From IMG/VR virus record IMGVR_UViG_3300008261_000101, positions 1 through 53,861 of that record: a DNA stretch of 53,861 nucleotides. One strand, 5' to 3'. Every line of letters starts with the position of its first letter. Position 1 is the first letter of the stretch. The translations under genes were made by a program, and so were the position numbers. Under the pieces are notes generated by a model. The model searched no databases. It was not told the DNA's origin and saw only the letters and a program-made list of their open reading frames with translations. Source of the DNA: a virus (lineage: Duplodnaviria > Caudoviricetes). Shown piece after piece: positions 39,101 to 47,600 of the stretch.

Positions 39101-42100
39101 TCCTGTGCTTGTTGAAGAAAGTCTTGCTGATCCTACGTCTAGCCCTTCTGCTAGATCTAGTGCAGTACTCCATTCAGGTGTTGTACCATTAGATTTCAAG
39201 AAGTTGTTTGCTCTACCAATGTTTAATGTGTTTAGTGTACTTGTAGATTGTGCATATATGATATCACCTTGTGAATATGCTGATAGGTTAGTTCCGCCCT
39301 TGTTTACAGGAACATTAGAAGTTAAGTTAGAAGGATCCAAGAAATAAGAACTGTCAAGACTGTCTAGTGTTCCTGCATCTACTACTCCGTCCTTGATAAA
39401 CACTTGTCCTGACGCACCGGTGTCTACATCAAATTGACTTTGTAAGAATCTAGCAGTACCAAGTGTTGAATATAGTTCGCCCGGATCGTAATCAACGTTA
39501 GCAATACCAATACTTACGTCTCCGTAGTATTCTCCCGATATGTTAGAACCTGTAAGTGTTATAGGGTTATCGGTTGTATTTGCTTCTATCAAATTCTGCA
39601 CTACAACTCGATAACTGCTATCTCCGTACAATACAGTATCAGAGTTTGCTGTTCCCGAACCTGCTAATCTAGTAGGAGATACAATACCTGAAATAATGTT
39701 ACTTGCATCTATGTTTGTAACTGCTAAACTATTCCAGTTTGCTTTTAATCTACTGCTTGTATTAACAACGCCGTTTACTTGTACGTTTTGTAGTATTACA
39801 ATTGCATGGCCAACACCTGTTGATGTAATATTCTTTGCACCTACAACTAACCCGTTAATACTAGCAAGTGCGTCACTTCTTAGTTCGTGTAGTGTAAAGC
39901 TGTTGGTTGTTACAGATCCAATAAAGAATCTACTGCCGTCGACTATTTCAGTAGAAGCTATATCAGGCAATGCAGAAACTGAACTTCCATCATTTTCGAT
40001 GCTGATTTTTATAGCGTCTCCTGTTGCAAATCCGTGATTAACTACAGTAATACTATTGTCAGCAATGTTAACTACATATCTAGTTAAGTTGTGATTGTTG
40101 TTTGCTGGAGTACTTAAAAATTCTATTTTATTAACTAAACTAAAATCTTCATACAGCTCAATTGTATTAGCAGTAATACTTTTTGCATAATAAACTTCGC
40201 CATTTATCATGCCTCCTATAGCAACGTTTCCTAGAGTATTATATGATACTGGATCGCCGTTTGAATATCCATGGTTTGTTATAGTAATTCTATAATTTAC
40301 ATAATCAACGTTACCGCCAGCGCCTACATCTCCGGCTAAGAAATTTTGACTAATTGAATCTTCTAAATCGATGATTTGCTTTGTAAGAGGAGCATCGTTG
40401 TCTTCGACAAAATCTACAGATGACGTACTTGCAACAAAAAGCTCTCCACCTATGATGTTAACATAAGCACGCTTTTCTATTGCAGTGATTTCAATTTCAA
40501 AATCGTGTCCAAGACCTACGCCGTCAAAGTTCGGATTGACTGAAAGCAGATCACCAACAGCATATCCTGTGCCACCTCTTCGAATGTCAACATCTACGAT
40601 ACAGGCATCAGTAACTGTTAAGTCAGCAAGTGCACCGGTTCCTACTCCGGTTACAGAAGTCAACGGAATCATTTCCCAAACATATGTACCTGTTGCAGGA
40701 GCATAGTCGAATCCTGGTGTAAAGTTTGTATTGTCGACGTTTGTACACACACCGTATCTTGTTTCTGTAACAGCACCTTGTGCATTTCCGTCGGCACTGG
40801 TTACAAGAGTATAAGCATATCCTGTGACTGCTTTAATTGATTCATTTGCTCCAGTGTTTGCAATGGTAAATGTAGTGTTTGTAGGTATTGACAGCACTAT
40901 ACCGTTTTCATCGTATAGGTGGTCGCTAGCATCTACTCTAACACTATTGCCAACTCTTAGATTATGATTTGTCAAAGTTGTGATTGTTGCAACGTTGCTG
41001 GATCTTGAAACAAAGGTAATCGCTGCACTAGTAAAATTATAATCGTCGTCATTTGACAATATCAAATACTGGCTACTATTAGAACTTTTTAAGAAGAAGT
41101 TATCTATAATTGCACTGCTAGTACCTTTGCTTGACGGTTTTATACCAGAATCAACGTTGTTAACATACAAGTTAGGAGCCGATACTCCTGTATCCCACGG
41201 GTCGCCGGTGCTGTCGTCAGTTGAATCCCATTCGCCCTCGACAGAAGCAACAAGTAAGTTTAGTGATGCACCGTAATTGCCCTTTGCATATCCTACGGCA
41301 CCAGCAATACCGGGTTGACTGATTTCGTCGCCGTCGTTTACTGTTATACCAGATGGCAATGTAAGTTCTACCTGTTCGTATTCTTCAGTTGCAATGTCCC
41401 CAGCTTTTAAGTCTACTGCTGGAATTTCGTCAACTTGTAATAGTCTAGATAGATATCCTTGTGTTGTTGTACTAGTAAACTGTCTTGTTGCTGGAATCAA
41501 TTCAGGATTTAATTGACCGTTAGTATTAAGTTGTACAATTGCACCAGGAACAGCAGCCGTTGATACTGCCTTGTCAATAAATCCACCTAGTCTGTTTGAT
41601 AAGAAACTTCTAATAGCCAACTGTGTCGACAAGCGTGAATTGCTAGAACCGCCTAGTTCGTCGTCACCTAAGTTAACATTTGTTGAAATTTCTTCAATTG
41701 CAATATCTGATAATGTTAGTCGTAGTGCATCGAGCTCGTCAACTTGTACTTTATTTCTAAATGTGATATTACCGGTTCTGTTGTATGCTGTAATAAAAGT
41801 GCCAACTTTAAAGTCGCCAAGTTCGTTTGTACCTGATGTATAAACACGACCAGGTAGTTCTTCATATTGTTCGTATTCTTCTCTAGTTCTTCCGCCGTTT
41901 TGTGGTAAAGCGTTATAGTCTACACCAGATCCTGAATATTCCCATGTGTGTGACGAACTGTTAACAATACTAGGTCTGTGGAACCAACACTGCTTTTCTG
42001 GTAAGTTTGCTAGATTTGTTAAGGATGTCCCAACAACAGTACTTTGTATTGTAAATGTTGCAGTACCGAGACCTGCATAGTTTGAGACTTCGTTGATTCC

Positions 42101-44536
42101 GATGTTAGTATTTGGAATATCTGCATGATCAGTTGTAATTATACTGCTTACTGTAAATGTGTTTCTTAAGGTGCTTGAACCGACAGCTACCAATTCAACG
42201 CTAACAATAAGCTCTCGTTCAACTGGTTTCCAACTATACACATATGCACTATTATTGCCTGCTCCTGTTGTAGCAGCAATAGCTCTACCCGGTACAAATT
42301 CATAACTCTCTGCACCAGATTCTAGTATAAGTTTTTGATATGTCTGGTGACTCGAAGTAATGTCGTTAACAAAAAATTCTCTTGTGTTTGCCAAGAATTC
42401 GTGCGAACCTGTACTAGTTGATGTAATGTCAACGTTGAAATCTCCACTTTCATCAAATGTTAATGAAAATTCGTTTTCATTTATGACTTTAACATAATAT
42501 GTTTGTTCAGCATCTAATCCGCCTACTGGTGTATTTCCTACTGGATCGTAAATTACAGACTGTCCGTTAGTTAATCCGTGAGCTGTAGCACTAAAAATAT
42601 TTGTAGTAACATTTACGTCAGTGGATGCATCAAATGCAATTTCTACAGTAGCAACAGACTTATAATCATTGGTTATGTCCCCTTCGGAAGTAACGTCAAC
42701 TGCATCAGGTATAGAATTTGGATCGGATATAGCATCCTTAATTAAATCAAATTTCTCGTCAACAAATGCTCTTACAGTTGAATCTAAACTTGCTAAAACT
42801 GTTGCTGTGTAAACGCTTGCTTGTTCTAATGCTGCAATTGTTTGATCTTCTTGACCGCTTATAGTAGAGTTAGAACTATCTGCTAATCTTCCTGTATAAT
42901 AAGACAGTGCTGCCTGGCGAGTCAGTGTGTTTCCAGTACTCCATGTATCCCTTGCAACCGCATCTAATATAATTAATAATTCTGCATAAAAGGTTGCAGC
43001 ATTGTAAATGTATCCATCCCAAATACTTCCAGGAGTTGCACCGGCAATTTGAGCATCTATCCAGTCAATGGTATCTTGTGCAATGTACCCAGCATTTGAT
43101 TCTATCAAGTCATACGCAATTTTGTATTCTGGATTTCTAAATCTAATAACGAATTCGTTTACTGGTTCAGTTCTCCCGATACCAACAACTGTTAATGTTT
43201 GTGCACCAGATGACACACCAGTGGCTACAACAATCGATCTGTCAAATTCAAATGTCTTAGGTGAGAACCCTGATGATCTAAGGGCATAAAGACCAAAGTT
43301 AGTAGCAGAGTTAGTAATAGATACGTATCCGCCAGACTGCGCATAAATTCCGTTTAATAAGAAAATTTGGAAACACGAAACTATCTGTGCATAAGCATCG
43401 TTGGTTAAGCGCCAACCTGTGCCGCCGAAACTAATATGAGTAAATGCGTTTGCAACCATTGACTTACCTTGTTCCGGGGTCGGTCCTGCTACAGGATTTT
43501 CTGCTTCAATTTGTCTTGGTGGAGCGTTTGGAGTAGAAACTTTACTACCATCAATTTTAGCACCATTACCTCCTAAGAACGAAATAATAGAACAGTTTTG
43601 TATGTATGGCGACGATGTAATACTTGGACGTGTGGTCGGTAAGTTTGTGTACCCCACACGACTTGTTGTAGCATCGTCTGGATCGTCAAACGAAACTGCA
43701 TAGTCCCAAGTAAACTGAGGAACAAAGTTTACATCCACTTTATCTCTAAAAGTAAATTCACCAAAATAACATGCATTACGAACTCTTAACATATCAAGAT
43801 TTGCATTGGCAGGACGAATAAGACACCCTCTTAACCCGTCGCCCTTGATGACAACATTGTCAGGAACAATAATTGGATTCTGTTCGGTGTAATCCCCAAC
43901 AGCAACTTTGATGTTTATTCTGCGACCATTAACTGTACCATTTGAATTGTATACCAATCCTGATGCAATTTGACATGCTTTTTTAACAGTTCTAACAGGT
44001 AAGTTTAATCCGTCATTGGTGTCGTCACCCTTTTCTGCGCTTACATAAATCACGTTTCCGCCAAATGTATCGGCACTAGCAAAAAATAATTCTCCTACTC
44101 CGTTAACTCTTAGTAAATTTCCGTCAATTCCGTCATTAGGAGGTAAAACTAATGTATATCCAGCATCTAATGTGTTAGGTGCTTTAATCGAAACACCATT
44201 GTTTCCTGATGCGATTAACTCGTTAAACGTTAAGGTTGATGCATCTTCGATCTGTGTATTTTCTTGTAGTGAAATATAGGAAGCATTTACAGTTATCTTC
44301 TGAGAGCCATCAATCGTAATTGTCACTTCACCTGCAGAATCGCCTGGATCGCTAACTAAAATTTGACTGTTGTTTTCAAAAATTCGTTGTGTAAGATCTT
44401 GGATTGTGTTATCATCTCTTAATAAAAACACTTTACCGTCGGCTGTGTTAATAGCTAATTCGCCTGATTCTAGTTGTGAAATTGTAGGTTTCTTGCCAGC
44501 GACCGCACTACGCTTGTGGCGTATCTTTGTAGACAT
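33155..44536 (-). CDS. giant tail fibre/spike protein (3793 aa) with a C-terminal intramolecular chaperone (peptidase S74)
   Basis: N-terminal IRHKRS...GELAINTADGKVF (Mtd_N-like); pectate-lyase-like beta-helix; HG...G..V.Y repeats; NVAVG..AL head repeats; C-terminal FSDVRVKDNI...GVIAQEVEKYFPEVV...SVNY...coiled coil. Confidence 0.88.
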   Translation of the reverse strand: MSTKIRHKRSAVAGKKPTISQLESGELAINTADGKVFLLRDDNTIQDLTQRIFENNSQILVSDPGDSAGEVTITIDGSQKITVNASYISLQENTQIEDASTLTFNELIASGNNGVSIKAPNTLDAGYTLVLPPNDGIDGNLLRVNGVGELFFASADTFGGNVIYVSAEKGDDTNDGLNLPVRTVKKACQIASGLVYNSNGTVNGRRINIKVAVGDYTEQNPIIVPDNVVIKGDGLRGCLIRPANANLDMLRVRNACYFGEFTFRDKVDVNFVPQFTWDYAVSFDDPDDATTSRVGYTNLPTTRPSITSSPYIQNCSIISFLGGNGAKIDGSKVSTPNAPPRQIEAENPVAGPTPEQGKSMVANAFTHISFGGTGWRLTNDAYAQIVSCFQIFLLNGIYAQSGGYVSITNSATNFGLYALRSSGFSPKTFEFDRSIVVATGVSSGAQTLTVVGIGRTEPVNEFVIRFRNPEYKIAYDLIESNAGYIAQDTIDWIDAQIAGATPGSIWDGYIYNAATFYAELLIILDAVARDTWSTGNTLTRQAALSYYTGRLADSSNSTISGQEDQTIAALEQASVYTATVLASLDSTVRAFVDEKFDLIKDAISDPNSIPDAVDVTSEGDITNDYKSVATVEIAFDASTDVNVTTNIFSATAHGLTNGQSVIYDPVGNTPVGGLDAEQTYYVKVINENEFSLTFDESGDFNVDITSTSTGSHEFLANTREFFVNDITSSHQTYQKLILESGAESYEFVPGRAIAATTGAGNNSAYVYSWKPVERELIVSVELVAVGSSTLRNTFTVSSIITTDHADIPNTNIGINEVSNYAGLGTATFTIQSTVVGTSLTNLANLPEKQCWFHRPSIVNSSSHTWEYSGSGVDYNALPQNGGRTREEYEQYEELPGRVYTSGTNELGDFKVGTFITAYNRTGNITFRNKVQVDELDALRLTLSDIAIEEISTNVNLGDDELGGSSNSRLSTQLAIRSFLSNRLGGFIDKAVSTAAVPGAIVQLNTNGQLNPELIPATRQFTSTTTQGYLSRLLQVDEIPAVDLKAGDIATEEYEQVELTLPSGITVNDGDEISQPGIAGAVGYAKGNYGASLNLLVASVEGEWDSTDDSTGDPWDTGVSAPNLYVNNVDSGIKPSSKGTSSAIIDNFFLKSSNSSQYLILSNDDDYNFTSAAITFVSRSSNVATITTLTNHNLRVGNSVRVDASDHLYDENGIVLSIPTNTTFTIANTGANESIKAVTGYAYTLVTSADGNAQGAVTETRYGVCTNVDNTNFTPGFDYAPATGTYVWEMIPLTSVTGVGTGALADLTVTDACIVDVDIRRGGTGYAVGDLLSVNPNFDGVGLGHDFEIEITAIEKRAYVNIIGGELFVASTSSVDFVEDNDAPLTKQIIDLEDSISQNFLAGDVGAGGNVDYVNYRITITNHGYSNGDPVSYNTLGNVAIGGMINGEVYYAKSITANTIELYEDFSLVNKIEFLSTPANNNHNLTRYVVNIADNSITVVNHGFATGDAIKISIENDGSSVSALPDIASTEIVDGSRFFIGSVTTNSFTLHELRSDALASINGLVVGAKNITSTGVGHAIVILQNVQVNGVVNTSSRLKANWNSLAVTNIDASNIISGIVSPTRLAGSGTANSDTVLYGDSSYRVVVQNLIEANTTDNPITLTGSNISGEYYGDVSIGIANVDYDPGELYSTLGTARFLQSQFDVDTGASGQVFIKDGVVDAGTLDSLDSSYFLDPSNLTSNVPVNKGGTNLSAYSQGDIIYAQSTSTLNTLNIGRANNFLKSNGTTPEWSTALDLAEGLDVGSARLSSTSTGIGLVYNDNVTTLELGSAAETVKIGKSTATRNITSFIDNYDATSSTTVTVNLESFTAATDGITGNGDKEVPMASTSGILAGMLVTGSASIPANTTVSGVTTDYVYLSAETTGTISSSTTLTFTYTPFTLGIRAGDTINIASSTVSNLDGQWPVLGATFNATSFTIKTNANVTVSSSSPIAGTLTKDNTMLIRNRNVIFGSAEASSSTANATLKGESGIGTNIAGGAFTIQAGLGTGNATGGNFVVKTGEVGSSSAIEQTSTTRLTIDTSGLATFTGDVKVDDALTVDGNVTFNSTTGSTGYTSGALVVDGGVGIAENLYVNGTVNVTEANLGRIDFSPTAYSSRPSYQEGRLYYDSDFESLVLFSNNSNFDITLGEREFIRCRNSSGATINKGQPVYVTGVYIAGDAVFGRYPTVALADASDLNKIEVIGLAGHNIANGAEGYVIVSGYIDGIDTSNLTSGQKIHLGFDAPGTLVQTAPDYPNFPVDIGICLTSNASTGSIYIELRSHTVEKFRVTEGAYFDADVTVAGDLIVLGSQSSVKLNNLEVDSSFIYLNSGDTIGNDGTTFTGTGLDDATLVGHYQGTTTQTFYVRIDSVGGGTGGVDTFEWSLDNFSTTEATDIDVDTDPVALADGISVVWVSTTGHTLNDIWSGSASPVNVDVGVTGNRNTGTSGVGYTHLGFFFDVTDQKFKFFDEYDPAITGNINVADASFSLGTVVADAFEGNLTATSINVNGTATIGTLDVSGLGDIGGDFSVNTNKFTVTASSGNTSVAGTLGVTGESTLASATISDLTNNRIVIAGTGGIVEDDANFRFDGTNFDIGASGSEKFRVVVASGNTSVAGTLTVTGQTDLNGDINLGNATSDTITFVGRMDSNLEPSTNDARDLGTSSLAWKDLYLSESVNFKGATTENEIVFPTNLVDGLSITDGSNDFIVFTSTTGSNAIALKPDVNIDATTASSSTTTGALVVDGGVGIAGNVHSGGTFTGNGSGLTTLNASNISSGTISDSYLPTSQAGKTFTSDITVNSHKVGRGGGNSATNLAIAGGQAISTGTDNLVVGVGAMGAVVTGTDNVALGNTALALVTSSTHNTAIGNDALAQAAANAGYNVAVGAQSMQNTTGTVSDTATNNVAVGYQALAITTGKQNVAIGSNAGDSIALGSNNIVIGYNADASTSTTSNEITLGNGSITNFRIPGVTLTASTTTLTFGGTSGFSGVGTNLTALNATELTSGTVAGARLGGNQTMAGVKTFSDTTASSSTITGAVIIGGGLGVAGNIHLGGTITGNGSGLTTLNASNLSSGTVDGARLGGTQTMAGAKTFSDTTASSSHTTGAVIIGGGLGVAGNVYSNGIFNGNGSGLTTLNASQLTSGTVPSDRLTGTYAISVSGNAATATKWATARTITLGGDLSGSVSIDGSAAVTLTATIAADSVALGTDTTGNYVATVAAGTPGAETTSSGLTISATAGEGTAATIAHADTSTLTGAQGSAGIAAITLDGFGHVTAVTTATYLTSQSSDFGTVTVTDTDSGYTWAETGSAVADTTGDTLTLVSGSGINIDVAATSDAIRITNTDLGSSQNIFKNITLEQSDGTAIDTVVADSNNDTLYIRAGAVDSTNGIDLVADTVADRITISHSNTSGQNSLSNTGRTYIQSVTLDTYGHVTGLTTATETVVDTNTTYTAGTGLTLSGTTFNANVNATTQTVASNAVSATASRTYAVQVDGSDNLVVNVPWSDTDTNTDTLQSIATDSTNATRYITFVANTTGAQTGLVNTNFSINPSTQTLILSGANNATAGSSQLYLNGASGNRIDWNVNGVDLPAFTTRSAGTKLLLYPAIGAAAVDYAIGIGSSTLWHSVPTASATTYFRWYGGTTQAAVLTGDGTFTATGDVCAFSDVRVKDNIEVIADPLTKILSIRGVTFTRTDKEDTERRHMGVIAQEVEKYFPEVVHEGEDGIKSVNYGAFAGAFIEAFKEQQRQIDELRSMLQKVLDK
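35000..35450 (-). repeat. 69-aa (207-nt period) internal repeats in the tail fibre
   Basis: Unit TTASSS..TGAVIIGGGLGVAGN....G...GNGSGLTTLNAS.L.SGTV.GARLGG.QTMAG.KTFSD; an identical 26-mer occurs at 35101 and 35308. Confidence 0.85.
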
Positions 44537-44617
44537 ATGTAACTCCTATATAGGTGTGGGTCAAAGCATTAAGCCGCCCGGATTTGAACGATATAAATCG
44601 CTACAAATATATTTATC
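44537..44617 (-). promoter_or_regulatory. late promoter plus structured 5' leader of the fibre gene
   Basis: GATAAATA at 44610-44617; hairpins at 44589-44600 and 44558-44579; palindrome CCTATATAGG at 44545-44554 overlapping the SD. Confidence 0.55.
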
Positions 44618-44639
44618 TTGGAGTTTAATAGTGGTACTT

Positions 44640-47600
44640 TTAGAATGTACCACCGTCTATTGTATCAGTCCAGACCGGAGTAGAATCAATGTTACTTGTG
44701 ACAGTTAGTATTTGATATGAAGTAGTAATGTCGCTTGCACCAGCAGCGGCAGTTACTTGTATCGGATTAGCAGTATCGCCATATAGTATTCCGTTTTCAG
44801 TAAATGTACTAGCACCTGTACCGCCGTATTGTACTGCTAAGTCATTATTAGTTAGTATTAATGATCCGTTAACAGTTAAATCTTCGTCAACTGTTAAGTC
44901 TTCGTTAACTGTTACACTTTGATCAAATGTAGTTAGTCCGCCGGTTTTACCTATATTAATTACAGTTGCATTTCCAAATGCATTAATTGTAGTTGGCGTT
45001 ACATTTAGTAAATTAAATGTACCAGCACTAGTTGTAATATCGCCGCCGTTTACAGCTAAGTCGCCAGTTATAGTTGCAACAGTTGAGCCTAGTTTAAACT
45101 TTTCTGTTAACGTTCCGTTTGTCATTGTTTTAAATGACATCTCAAAATATTCAGCCAAGTTAGTTACATTTGTTACAACTACATCTAAAATGCCGCCTAT
45201 TGTGAATATACTGGTGTCAGTTTCTAATTCAAACTTTAGTCCAGTACCGCTGTTTACAGTAGGCGTGCCAGACACACTATGATGTGCAAGTATAATTGGA
45301 TATACAATTGCATCGGCACTACTGTCTGGAGCATTTGATATGAATTTAATTTCCTCAGGAGATTCAATTGTGCTAGCTTTGATGATAATCTTGTCACTTG
45401 CATAATTGGTTAGCTGTAGTACTCCACTAGTGTTACCGCCAATGTATTGATTAACGTGTAGTTCTTTACCGATGCCAACTCCGCCAGTAACAGTTAGTGC
45501 ACCAGTATTATAAGCCGAACTTGCTGTAGTATTTTCTATTCTTACATCAACAGTATCGTCAATTCTTAAACGTGCTGTACTTAAATTCATACGCTCTATA
45601 CCATCGGTATAGAACATCAATTCGTTTTCGTTTGCAGCCGGAGAACTTTCAGCAATTATGTATGTATTGCCGTCGACATCTCGCACGCCGCCGAGACTAT
45701 TCCACGCAATACCGTCGTATCCTTCAAATTGTCCTACGTTGGTATTGAAACGAACTTGACCAGTAACAGAAGTCGGTCTTTCGGCTGTTGTACCAACTGG
45801 TAGTTGAATGCTAGCTACACTATCAAATATTGTTAGTTCGTTATTAACTGTTAACGTACCAGTTGCTGCGCCTATGTTTAAAGTAGTTGCTGCACCAAAT
45901 GCATTGACAGTAGTAGCAGTTGTATTTAATATGTTAAATGTACCAGCAGTTGTAGTAATGTCGCCACCGTTTACAGATAAGTCTCCGGTTACAGTTGCAT
46001 CTTGTACCACTGACAAGTTTGCCCCTACATTTAAATTCTTTTCAATACCTACTCCGCCCTGAACAATTACTGCACCGGTGTCTTTATCAGAACTATCAGT
46101 TTCGTTAAGTACTATTATATTAGGTACAGTGCCAAACTTGATCGATTCACTACTGTTAGTTGTATCAATTGCTACATAAGAATTAGTTGATTCTTTAATT
46201 TCAAATGCAACTGCAATGTTATCAGGAATGTTAAATTCTGCATCACCGGTAACAACCAGTGAGTCTACTGCGGCATTACCTAGGTCTATACTACCGTTAA
46301 TTGTTAAGTCGCCGTTAACACTTAAATTACCGCCAATTCCGACACCACCGGTAACAACCAATGCACCAGTTGAGTAAGTTGAAGAATTTGTTGTATTAAG
46401 TATATTGACAATAGGAGTTTCACCGAACGTAACATTTTCGGTACCGTTAACTGTGTCAATTGTAAAATAGTTAAATGATCCTTGATAGATACTAAACACG
46501 TCGGATGTATTGTCAGGAACACTGACATTTGCAATTCCTGTAATAGTTACGTCATCTTGAAATAAAGAAGTTCCTATTACTTCAAGGGTGTTATTAACAG
46601 TTGTTGTACCTATTAATGCACCGATATTAATGTCAGTAGCACCGCCGAACGCATTAACAGTTTGTGCGTTGTCGTTAATCAGGTTAAACGTTACTGCGGT
46701 ACTAGAAAGGTCTCCACCGTTAACTTGGATGTCAGTTTCAAATATTACATCATCTTCGACTGTGCCGCCTGTAATTTTATTCAAGTATCTATTTTCAACA
46801 TAGGAAATTACAGCAGTTTGTGTAGGAACAGTATAACTATCGGGTATACCCAAGCTCGATGTTAAGTCACCGTTTTCGCTTACTTCTCTTAATTCAACGC
46901 CAACTGGTATACCATCTCTTCTAAATGGTCCAATTGACGTAATACCACTTAAACTAATTTCGTTTGCATTAAGCGTAATTGCACCTGTTAGTGCGTTAAC
47001 TCTAAAGAAGTTACCAACTTTAAAGTTACCAATTTGATCGACTACACCTCCGGCAAACACTTTACCGTTGTTAGTTTCAACAAATTCATTTGCTGCTATA
47101 GGTACGCCACCGAAGAACGGTAACGCATTATATGTAATGCCTGCACCTACATATTCAAACGCATGTCCGGAAGTAGATATAGTACTCACGTTTTGTAAAC
47201 TTGATAGTGTGTTATCTAGTACAAATGTAACACCAGGGAACAATGATATAGTTGCAGTACCACCATATTCTTGATTTAACATTATAATTGTTTCATCAAC
47301 AATATCATCTGTGTTGGTTAAGATCAATTCTCGTTTTGCATTAATAGTAACATCAGCTAGTGTGCTGTAGCTGTGATTTACTTCTGTAGGTAATGACGTA
47401 TTTCCATTTTTAATAACTTCTGCTATTTTTTCTACTAGAATCCATATGTAGTTTGCTGAAATTGAACTCCCTGCAGAACTACCGATTACTTGAGTTTCTG
47501 TAACATCTTCGCTTGGAGTAATTGTATTGTTTAATGCTATTTCTTTTAATACAGTTGCAAGATGTTTATAAGAAAATTCCGAAACACCTGACTGATCGGC

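Noticed and set aside
44540-44605. Known riboswitch (e.g. c-di-GMP) or tRNA
   Set aside because: No recognisable consensus or cloverleaf; kept only as an unnamed structured leader.
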